The notes under the pieces are model-generated. The model was not told the origin of the DNA, did no database searches, and worked only from the letters and a program-made list of their open reading frames with translations. From NCBI GenBank assembly GCA_900768015.1, contig CAAGBI010000070.1, forward strand, positions 3,819 through 67,818: 64,000 bases of DNA, read 5' to 3'. Positions 56,418-64,000 of this stretch are shown here, one piece after another (position 1 is the first letter of the stretch; every line of letters starts with the position of its first letter). The DNA comes from an uncultured Alistipes sp. Its GTDB lineage: Bacteria > Bacteroidota > Bacteroidia > Bacteroidales > Rikenellaceae. A program made the position numbers and the translations under genes.

Positions 56418-59321
56418 ATGGCAAACAAACTTTTCAAGTCATTCTTCGCTTTGGCAATGGTCGTGGGTTCAGCCCTCGGTTTCGTTGCTTGCGAGGATAA
56501 GGGCAATGATGTTGTGGCAAATCCCACGGTGGAGGTCTCTACAAAGTCATTGAACTTTGCGATGGAGGAGGGTAGCCAGGATGTTGACATCACAGCCAAC
56601 TCCGATTGGAAGGTAGAGGTGGATGTTGACTGGGTTACAGTTACTCCAGCAAATGGTACTGGTGATGCGAAGATCACCGTTGCAGTTGCGATGAACGACA
56701 CAGGTGCTGCGCGTGAGACAACCGTTAAGGTTATCGCTTTGCACAAGACCTATGGCAACTGGGAGACAAAGAAGATTGCTATCAAGCAGTCAGCGTCAAA
56801 CGATACTCCCGTAACTGAGGAGTTGCTCTATAGCGACAACTTCGATGGCGAGGAGGCAACTAAGGAGTATGGCTCTGGTACATCATGGCCCTACATCGAC
56901 CAGTTCCCCCAGTTCGCAAATCCCGAAGGTCCCGCAGCTGAGAATGTAACCTACTCTGGTAGTGGTGTATCTGTTCGCGCTAACTCAACTTCTAACAGCT
57001 CTTACTCAGACTACGCTGGTTCAGGCTCGAACAACATCTTCTTCGGTGGTGGCGCATACTTCCAGGTTAACGACATCGCTTTGGATGCTGCGCAGTTGAA
57101 CTACAAGATGACCTTCGGCTCGGAGAAGTACACTCAGGATGGCGATAGCACATTCAAACCCGAGGAGTTCATCGTATCTATCTCTAAGAACGGCACTGAG
57201 TGGGCACCCCTCGAGTACACATACGCTGGCACAGAGCCTGGTCGTTGGAATGTCGCTACCGTAGATTTCACTTTGGCTGCTGGTACTGATAAGCTCTACA
57301 TCAAGTTCGAGGCAAAGGTTGCTTCAGTGTACCGTCTCGACGATGTTAAGTTCTATGTTGGCAACGGCGGTCAGAATGTTGACCTCGACAACATCGAGGT
57401 TATTGTTCCCGAGCCTCCTACAACCGATGCTCTATACTATGAGAACTTCGATGGTCAGGCTGCACAGAAGGATGGCAACTACTGGCCATATGTAACAGAC
57501 TTCCCCGAGATGAAGAATGCTGTAGGTTCAGCTGCTGCAAATGTATCATACGACGGTCTCAACACTACAGTTCGTAACAACTCTAACTCTGATGGCTCAT
57601 ACTCTGACTATGCTGGTTCAGGTGTTAACAACATCTTCTTCGGCAAGGTTGAGAACCACTTTACTATCATGGGTCTTGAGTTGGAGTCTTCACAGAAGAA
57701 CCTCACTTTGACTTTCGGTACTGAGAAGTACTCACAGACATTGGGTAGCTTGTTTAAGAATGAGGAGTTTATCGTATCGCTCTCTGCTGACGGCGAGAAG
57801 TGGTCAAATGTTGAGTACACATTCGCTGGTACTGCCGAGGGTCGCTGGAATGTGGCTACAGCAAACTTCACTTTGAAGGATGTTCCCGCGAAGCTCTACA
57901 TCAAGTTCTCTGCTACTGCTGAGAGCGCATACCGTCTCGATGATGTAACATTGGACCTCGGTAATGGTGGTCAGCAGATCGACCTTGCAACTGGCTCCGA
58001 GAATCCTACTCCCGAGCCCGAGCCCGAACCAAATCCTGATGATACATATACCATCGCAGAGGCTATCGCTGCTGCTGATAACACTGCTGTGGTTGTTAAG
58101 AACGCTACCGTTATTGGTGTATATGGTCGTGGTGCATTGGTAGAGGATAATACAGGTAAGCTTCTCGCTTATTCTGGTTCAGCTGTAAATCTTGCAGTTG
58201 GTGATGTTGTTGAAGTAAATGGTACCATGTCTACATATGGAGGTCTCCGTCAGATTGGTGGCTCAGTTTCATTCACAAAGACAGGTACAACTACTTACAC
58301 ATATCCTACTGCAAAGAAGATGGATGGCGCAGCTTTCGACGCTTATCTCTCTAATCCCGTAATTGAGTATGTTGAGTATACTGGTACATTGTCAATCAGC
58401 GGTTATTACTATAATGTGACAATAGATGGCGCTGCTACAGCTGTTGGTTCATTGGCTTATGTTATCGATGGCACTGTAGATGCATCGTTGGATGGTCAGA
58501 AGATTGATGTTTGTGGTTGGACTATCGGTTTTAGTGGTGGTAAGTATGTAAATACGATGATTCGCTCAGTTGTTGCTGCTGGTTCTACAGAGCCTACTCC
58601 CGAGCCAGAGCCTACACCAGACGGTGTAGTGAAGGCTACTGTAGAGGAGTTCTTGCTTGCAGCGGAGGGCGATACAGTGTACGAGCTTACCGGAGTTATC
58701 AAGAATGTGGCAAACACCAACTATGGTAATTTCGACCTCCAGGATGAGACTGGTACTGTATATGTTTACGGTATCTACGACGAGGATGGCAATAAGGTCT
58801 TTACATCGCTTGGCCTTAAGGAGGGCGATACACTAACATTGCGTGGTGTTCGTTCATCATACAACGATGAGCCTCAGGTAGGTAGCGGTGTTTATGTTTC
58901 ACATGTATCTGCACCTGAGCAGGAGCAGCCTGCAAATGAGGCTACTTTGTCTTTTGCAGACCTTGCTAACCGCGTATCATGGGATTCAAACAAGCAGGTA
59001 TGGAGTGCTAACGGCATCACTTTGACAAACAACAAGGGTGCTTCAACAAGCAATGTTGCAGACTACTCTGCACCTGCTCGTTTCTACAAGAGCTCTGAGA
59101 TTATCGTTGAGTGCGAGAAGGCGATGACAAAGATTGAGTTTGCATGCAACAGCGCGTCATACGCTACTGCATTGCAGTCATCTTTGGGTTCAACTCCTTC
59201 GACAATTGATGGTAGCAGCGTGATTGTTGAGTTCGACACTGCTACAACATCATTCACTATCGCATCATTGACAGGTGGTCAGGTGCGTATGAATAGTCTT
59301 ACAGTTACATTTGCTGAGTAA
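56418..59321 (+). CDS. Modular surface lipoprotein: BACON + two tandem beta-sandwich repeats + OB-fold-like modules
   Basis: Lipobox FVAC-EDK; ITANSDW...DWVTVTP BACON; duplicated ~190-aa domain; OB-like V.D.TG...Y...L..GD.V...G....Y motifs; PE/PT linkers. Confidence 0.8.
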   Translation: MANKLFKSFFALAMVVGSALGFVACEDKGNDVVANPTVEVSTKSLNFAMEEGSQDVDITANSDWKVEVDVDWVTVTPANGTGDAKITVAVAMNDTGAARETTVKVIALHKTYGNWETKKIAIKQSASNDTPVTEELLYSDNFDGEEATKEYGSGTSWPYIDQFPQFANPEGPAAENVTYSGSGVSVRANSTSNSSYSDYAGSGSNNIFFGGGAYFQVNDIALDAAQLNYKMTFGSEKYTQDGDSTFKPEEFIVSISKNGTEWAPLEYTYAGTEPGRWNVATVDFTLAAGTDKLYIKFEAKVASVYRLDDVKFYVGNGGQNVDLDNIEVIVPEPPTTDALYYENFDGQAAQKDGNYWPYVTDFPEMKNAVGSAAANVSYDGLNTTVRNNSNSDGSYSDYAGSGVNNIFFGKVENHFTIMGLELESSQKNLTLTFGTEKYSQTLGSLFKNEEFIVSLSADGEKWSNVEYTFAGTAEGRWNVATANFTLKDVPAKLYIKFSATAESAYRLDDVTLDLGNGGQQIDLATGSENPTPEPEPEPNPDDTYTIAEAIAAADNTAVVVKNATVIGVYGRGALVEDNTGKLLAYSGSAVNLAVGDVVEVNGTMSTYGGLRQIGGSVSFTKTGTTTYTYPTAKKMDGAAFDAYLSNPVIEYVEYTGTLSISGYYYNVTIDGAATAVGSLAYVIDGTVDASLDGQKIDVCGWTIGFSGGKYVNTMIRSVVAAGSTEPTPEPEPTPDGVVKATVEEFLLAAEGDTVYELTGVIKNVANTNYGNFDLQDETGTVYVYGIYDEDGNKVFTSLGLKEGDTLTLRGVRSSYNDEPQVGSGVYVSHVSAPEQEQPANEATLSFADLANRVSWDSNKQVWSANGITLTNNKGASTSNVADYSAPARFYKSSEIIVECEKAMTKIEFACNSASYATALQSSLGSTPSTIDGSSVIVEFDTATTSFTIASLTGGQVRMNSLTVTFAE
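56823..57989 (+). repeat. Intragenic tandem domain duplication (~600 bp x2)
   Basis: Both copies share NFDG, WPY, SYSDYAGSGxNNIFFG, TFGxEKY, EEFIVS, EYTxAGT..GRWNVAT, KLYIKF, YRLDDV and GNGGQ. Confidence 0.9.
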
Positions 59322-59332
59322 CACTTTTAACT

Positions 59333-59383
59333 CTTTCGCTATAGCTCGGGTGGGGTAGTCCCACCCGAGTGGCGAAGGGTTTT
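59333..59383 (+). terminator. Intra-operon GC-rich hairpin (partial terminator or mRNA stabiliser)
   Basis: ctcgggtggg/cccacccgag perfect stem inside a ctttcgc/gcgaagg outer stem, followed by tttt. Confidence 0.6.
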
Positions 59384-59418
59384 CAATTAGACTTTAGAGG
59401 AATATTGCAAGGAAAAAG

Positions 59419-60615
59419 ATGATGAGACGATTTTTATCAATTCTATTAAGCATTGTAGCAACGATATTGATTTCGGGTTGTGAGAACATCCGTGTGGTGG
59501 TCATCACAAGTGATGCCTATCTTAAAGCTACCGAGGTAAAGGGCGAGAGCAAGAACTGCGCTGTGGTGCTTCGTGCACAACAGGGTACTTCATACTCAAT
59601 AATCATAACTTCGGAGGAGGACTGGGCGAAATTCTCGGGCGGAAATACAACTATTGAGGGCACTATGCAGAACACTGATAAGGTCATCTACATCTACTTC
59701 GATAAGAATGCGTCGGGTGAGTCACGCGTGGCAGATGTCGCGGTGAGCTTCTCGGATGGAAGGCGTTTCGACTTGTCGTTCACGCAGCATAGCTACGACA
59801 ACACTATAGCAGTTGCTCGCGCGTGGGCAGAGCTCCCCGTGTGCAAAGAGGAGAACAACTACATCTACAACACACACTTCGGCGCTATGGGCCTCAGAAA
59901 CGATGCCCGCAACTATACCTACTGCTTCGACCCATCGGTGCGTGCTTCGTTGTGGGTGGCATATCCACTTCACAAGTGCTACACCTCGGGCGAGGGTAAT
60001 CGCAACAACAGCTCATTCGGCTACGACCCCAAGGTTGATGATGAGGTTCAGGCAGCCCTCGGCCGTGGCTCGTATAATGGATGGTATGACCGTGGCCACC
60101 AGCTTCCTGCCGCAGACCGTAAGTGCTCGCAGCAGATGATGGACCAGACATTCTACGCTACGAATATGACACCCCAGCAGTCGAACTTCAACCAGAATAA
60201 GTGGGGTGTATTGGAGGGTAGAGTGCGCAACATGGTATGTAGCGATACGCTCTATGTGGTTACGGGCGCATACTTTGGTGGCGAGCACCACTCATCTATC
60301 GCCAACAAGACAACCGACAAATTGGGTAATACTTGCCCAACACCCACACACTACTACAAGGCGTTGCTTCGCACAAAGAAGGGTAACACAGGTAAGAGCA
60401 TTGATGAGTTTGACGATGCAAGTCAGTTGCGTGCTATCGCCTTCTGGTTTGAGCACGAGAATAGTGGCGATGATACCACTATAACCTCATCGGATTGCAT
60501 CAGCGTGGCGGAGCTCGAGGAGATTACAGGCTTCACATTTTTCCCTATGCTCGACGATGCTATCGAGGCAGAGGTAAAGAGCGCGAAGATACCATCGGAG
60601 TGGGGTGTGAACTAA
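59419..60615 (+). CDS. DNA/RNA non-specific endonuclease (NucA/Serratia type) lipoprotein with N-terminal BACON-like domain
   Basis: Lipobox ISGC; RNYTYCFD...SLWVAYPL; YDRGHQLPAAD; TFYATNMTPQ..FNQ..W..LE; ELEEITGFTFF. Confidence 0.93.
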   Translation: MMRRFLSILLSIVATILISGCENIRVVVITSDAYLKATEVKGESKNCAVVLRAQQGTSYSIIITSEEDWAKFSGGNTTIEGTMQNTDKVIYIYFDKNASGESRVADVAVSFSDGRRFDLSFTQHSYDNTIAVARAWAELPVCKEENNYIYNTHFGAMGLRNDARNYTYCFDPSVRASLWVAYPLHKCYTSGEGNRNNSSFGYDPKVDDEVQAALGRGSYNGWYDRGHQLPAADRKCSQQMMDQTFYATNMTPQQSNFNQNKWGVLEGRVRNMVCSDTLYVVTGAYFGGEHHSSIANKTTDKLGNTCPTPTHYYKALLRTKKGNTGKSIDEFDDASQLRAIAFWFEHENSGDDTTITSSDCISVAELEEITGFTFFPMLDDAIEAEVKSAKIPSEWGVN

Positions 60616-60649
60616 ACCGCGTAAATGAAAAACTAACAACTATACAAAC

Positions 60650-61681
60650 ATGAAAAAGACACTTTTAATGCTATTTGTAGCGCTGTTCGCCGTGACAGCG
60701 GGTATGGCGCAGGAGAAGCCATATACAGTAGTATTCTACAACCTCGAGAACCTCTTCGACATCTACGATGACCCAGAGACCCACGACGAGGAGTTCCTCC
60801 CCGATGGCGTGAAGCAGTGGAACGAGATTAAGTATCAGAAGAAACTCACTAACATGGAGCGCGTGCTCTTCGACATCGCTGCTATCCAGAAGGATTACCC
60901 AATCGTGATTGGTGTATCGGAGATTGAGAACCGTTCGGTGCTCGAGGATCTCGTATCGCAGCCCAAGCTCAAGGGTGCTAACTACCGCATCTGCCACTTC
61001 GACTCGCCCGATGCTCGTGGTGTAGATTGCGCGTTCCTCTATCGTGCCGATGTCTTCAAACTCGAGGGCTCGGATAACATCAAGCTCGAGGTGGAGGAGT
61101 TGCCAAACTTCCGCACACGCGACCTTGTGGTTATGTGGGGCACTATCGAGGGCGAGCCCTTCTACTTTCTTGTGTCACACTGGCCATCGCGCCTCGGTGG
61201 TAAGGAGGCTTCGCAGTTCAAACGCGACGCTTGCGCAAAGCAGATTAAGGAGATAAAGGATGAGTTGATTGCCCAGAACCCCGCAACAAAGGTTATCGTC
61301 ATGGGTGACTTCAACGACGACGCTACAGATGCCAGCATCACCAAGGTTATGGGTGCAAAGGGCAAGGAGAAGGAGCTCGTGGAGGGTGACTTCTTCAATC
61401 CCTTCAACCAGATGTTGCGCGCGGGCCTCGGTACACTCGCATATCAGGATGTGTGGAACTTGTTTGACCACATCTGCGTAACCGAGAACTTGGTAAATGC
61501 CGAGGAGGGTACGCTTCGTATCATCAAGGGTAAGAAGTTCTATGGTAACATCTTCACTCGCCCATATATGCTCCAGCAGGAGGGTCAGTACAAGGGTTAT
61601 CCCTTGCGCACTTTCGTTACGAACAACTTCCAGAATGGCTTTAGTGACCACTTCCCCGTCTATATATACATAGGCAAATAA
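60650..61681 (+). CDS. Secreted endonuclease/exonuclease/phosphatase (EEP) family protein
   Basis: Signal peptide ending AGMA-QE; FYNLENLFD, GVSEIEN, DSPDARGVD, HWPSR, MGDFND, FSDHFP. Confidence 0.92.
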   Translation: MKKTLLMLFVALFAVTAGMAQEKPYTVVFYNLENLFDIYDDPETHDEEFLPDGVKQWNEIKYQKKLTNMERVLFDIAAIQKDYPIVIGVSEIENRSVLEDLVSQPKLKGANYRICHFDSPDARGVDCAFLYRADVFKLEGSDNIKLEVEELPNFRTRDLVVMWGTIEGEPFYFLVSHWPSRLGGKEASQFKRDACAKQIKEIKDELIAQNPATKVIVMGDFNDDATDASITKVMGAKGKEKELVEGDFFNPFNQMLRAGLGTLAYQDVWNLFDHICVTENLVNAEEGTLRIIKGKKFYGNIFTRPYMLQQEGQYKGYPLRTFVTNNFQNGFSDHFPVYIYIGK

Positions 61682-61699
61682 ATATCAAACATATAATCT

Positions 61700-64000
61700 A
61701 TGAGAAAATTTTTACTAACTACACTATGTGCCCTTCTCTCGCTGAGTGCCTTTGCTCAGATGGGAGGTATGAAGGGTGTGGTCGTGTCGCGCGAGACGCG
61801 CGAGCCGATTGGTGGAGTTGCCATTGCAGTAAATGGCATCGCCATCAACACCACGACAAACGATAATGGTGAGTTCGTGATTGAGGGCTTGGAGCCTGGT
61901 CAGTATTTGCTGACATTGTCGGCTTACGAGTTCGAGGATCTCGAGCTTATGGTGCGTGTGAAGGAGCTTGTTCACGACATGCAGAACATCTACATGATTC
62001 CTGCGGGCGTGACCGCCATCGACGACTCGGCATTTGCTGAACTCGACACCGATGTTGAGAATGCGGGCGATGCTCAGGCTATGCCCTCGGCACTCTCGGC
62101 ATCGAAGGATATCTTCAACAACATTGCGTCGTATCGCTTCTCGGAGATGCGCTTCAATGTGCGTGGCTACGACTCGCAGTATCAGGATGTATATCTCAAT
62201 GGCATCCGCTTCAACGATGCGCTAACGGGCTATGGCCCATGGTCGTTGTGGAGTGGTCTTAACGATGCTACACGCAACCAGGAGACTACATCGGGCTTGC
62301 AGTCATCGGACTTCGGTTTGGGTGGCATCGCTGGTACTACGAACATCAACGCACGCGCTTCGCAGCTCCGTAAGGGTTTCCGTGCAAGCGTGGTTAACTC
62401 TACGCAGCTCTACCGCTTCCGCGTTATGGTAAGCTACGCCTCTGGTCAGCTCGACAACGGCTGGTCGTACGGCTTTACGCTCTCTACTCGTCAGGGAGGT
62501 AATGGCTATGTTAATGGCGTTTATTACAATGCCTATGGCTACTTCTTCTCTGCTGAGAAGATATTTAATAGTCGCCACCGCCTCTCGGCAACCATCATGG
62601 GTGCTCCCACACAGCGTGGTGCGCAGCAGGCATCAACACAGGAGGCTTACGACCTTTGGGGCGACAACTACTACAACCCCAATGTAGGTTTGCAGAATGG
62701 CAAGGAGCGCAACTCGCGTGTACGCCGCATGCACGAGCCTATCGCCATGCTTAACTACAACTGGCAGATTAGCGAGAACACATCGCTCGCAGTTGCTACA
62801 TCGGTGCGCTTCGGTTTCAATGGCTACTCGGCACTTACATGGTATAAGGGTGAGGATCCCCGTCCCGACTACTACCGCGTATTGCCCTCATACTATGGCG
62901 ACCGCCTTGAGCGCCGTATGATACTCAACAACTTCGCAGAGGCAAACGAGATGACACTCCCATTCTCGAATATCGACCTCGAGACCGATAAGGCGAAGTA
63001 TATCGAGTACATGCAGAACTGGGATGGTTACATCGACTTTGACGGCTTGATGCAGAACAACATGATGGGCGAGGTTAACAATCTATATGGCGAGGGTCAC
63101 CGCGCTGCATATATGATTGAGGAGCGCCACACCGACCAGATTGACTATAACTTTGCTGCGCAGCTCAACCACATCTTCCGTGGTGGCTCGAAGCTAACGG
63201 CTGGTGTTCGTGCTCGCGTAAACCGCACAGAGTACTACTCAACTGTTAAGGACTTGCTTGGTGGCGACTACTGGTTGGATGTCGATAAGTTTGCAGAGCG
63301 CGACTTCGGTAACAACACCGTATCTTACCAGAACAACATGGCGTACTATCGTGAGCATGGCCACGCACAGGCTGTTAAGGAGGGTGACAAGTATAACTAC
63401 GACTACTATGCACATGTTCGTCAGGGTCAGCTTTGGGCTATGTACGATGTTGCTGCGGGTGGCTTCTCTGCAAATATCGGTGCCGAGGTAGGCTTCTCAA
63501 GCCTCTGGCGCGAGGGTCTTTGGGAGAAGGGTCTCTTCCTCAATGAGAATGCTGGTGGCGACCGTGGTATGACATCATTTGGCGACTCGGATAAGGTTAA
63601 TAGCCTCACATATAAGGGCAAAGTCAACCTTTCATATCGCTTCTCAGGTTCGCACTCTATCGAGGCAAATGCTACAATCATGCAGAACGCTCCGATGTTC
63701 AACAACGCCTTTGTTTCGGCGCGTACTCGTAACCAGATTACTCCAGGCCTCAGCCCCGAGCGCATCTACGGTTTCGACATCTCGTATAACCTTAACACAC
63801 CTTGGGTGCGTGCCCGCCTCTCGGCATACTACACACAGATGATGGACCAGTCGAAGGTTATCTCGTTCTATGACGACACGCAGAGCTCATTCACTAACTT
63901 CGCAATGTCGGGCATCGACAAGCGCTATATGGGTGTTGAGTTGGGCTTGAGCGTGCCTATTGCGTGGGGTCTCTCATTGCAGGGTGCTGTGAGCCTCGGC
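61700..64000 (+). CDS. TonB-dependent outer-membrane transporter (partial, runs off the window; absent from ORF track)
   Basis: ATG at 61700; reads MRKFLLTTLCALLSLSAFAQ signal, carboxypeptidase-regulatory-like domain (TTTNDNGEF), plug (RFNVRGYDS..VYLNG...GGIAGTTNI), then beta-barrel strands; frame still in register at 64000. Confidence 0.9.
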   Translation, partial: MRKFLLTTLCALLSLSAFAQMGGMKGVVVSRETREPIGGVAIAVNGIAINTTTNDNGEFVIEGLEPGQYLLTLSAYEFEDLELMVRVKELVHDMQNIYMIPAGVTAIDDSAFAELDTDVENAGDAQAMPSALSASKDIFNNIASYRFSEMRFNVRGYDSQYQDVYLNGIRFNDALTGYGPWSLWSGLNDATRNQETTSGLQSSDFGLGGIAGTTNINARASQLRKGFRASVVNSTQLYRFRVMVSYASGQLDNGWSYGFTLSTRQGGNGYVNGVYYNAYGYFFSAEKIFNSRHRLSATIMGAPTQRGAQQASTQEAYDLWGDNYYNPNVGLQNGKERNSRVRRMHEPIAMLNYNWQISENTSLAVATSVRFGFNGYSALTWYKGEDPRPDYYRVLPSYYGDRLERRMILNNFAEANEMTLPFSNIDLETDKAKYIEYMQNWDGYIDFDGLMQNNMMGEVNNLYGEGHRAAYMIEERHTDQIDYNFAAQLNHIFRGGSKLTAGVRARVNRTEYYSTVKDLLGGDYWLDVDKFAERDFGNNTVSYQNNMAYYREHGHAQAVKEGDKYNYDYYAHVRQGQLWAMYDVAAGGFSANIGAEVGFSSLWREGLWEKGLFLNENAGGDRGMTSFGDSDKVNSLTYKGKVNLSYRFSGSHSIEANATIMQNAPMFNNAFVSARTRNQITPGLSPERIYGFDISYNLNTPWVRARLSAYYTQMMDQSKVISFYDDTQSSFTNFAMSGIDKRYMGVELGLSVPIAWGLSLQGAVSLG

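Overview
This 64-kb window is chromosomal DNA from a Bacteroidales bacterium, most likely Rikenellaceae/Alistipes-like. That call rests on Bacteroidota TAnnTTTG promoters, AT-rich ribosome-binding regions without Shine-Dalgarno sequences, strong GAG/AAG codon bias and Bacteroidota-specific gene families. Most of the window is housekeeping: the smpB 3' end, tsaB, bamD-rpoZ-coaBC-recN, rpsF-rpsR-rplI, lptE/secG, a four-subunit 2-oxoacid:ferredoxin oxidoreductase, tRNA-His, rpsP-rimM, trkA, tRNA-Leu, ispF, an AddAB-like pair, two M23 peptidases, alaS, gpmI, murB-tilS-holA, a seven-gene V/A-type ATPase operon and ruvB. Five things stand out. (1) At the right end is a PUL-like operon that appears built for nucleic acids rather than glycans: a modular BACON/OB-fold lipoprotein, a NucA-type endonuclease lipoprotein, a secreted EEP nuclease/phosphatase and a TonB-dependent transporter that the ORF track missed because the window edge cuts it. 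(2) An A10 / A-AAA-AAG slippery run sits exactly at the CoaC-CoaB domain junction, with near-immediate stops in both shifted frames. (3) A small foreign-looking islet at the tRNA-Leu 3' end carries an HHxxxDG acyltransferase-like gene and integrase-like boundary signals. (4) A MerR-type protein has AT-hooks and a clamp-motif-like C-terminus. (5) There are several intergenic palindromic or 9-bp-period repeats. No CRISPR array, rRNA or intact transposase/integrase was seen. All calls were made by eye from motifs, with no database searches.
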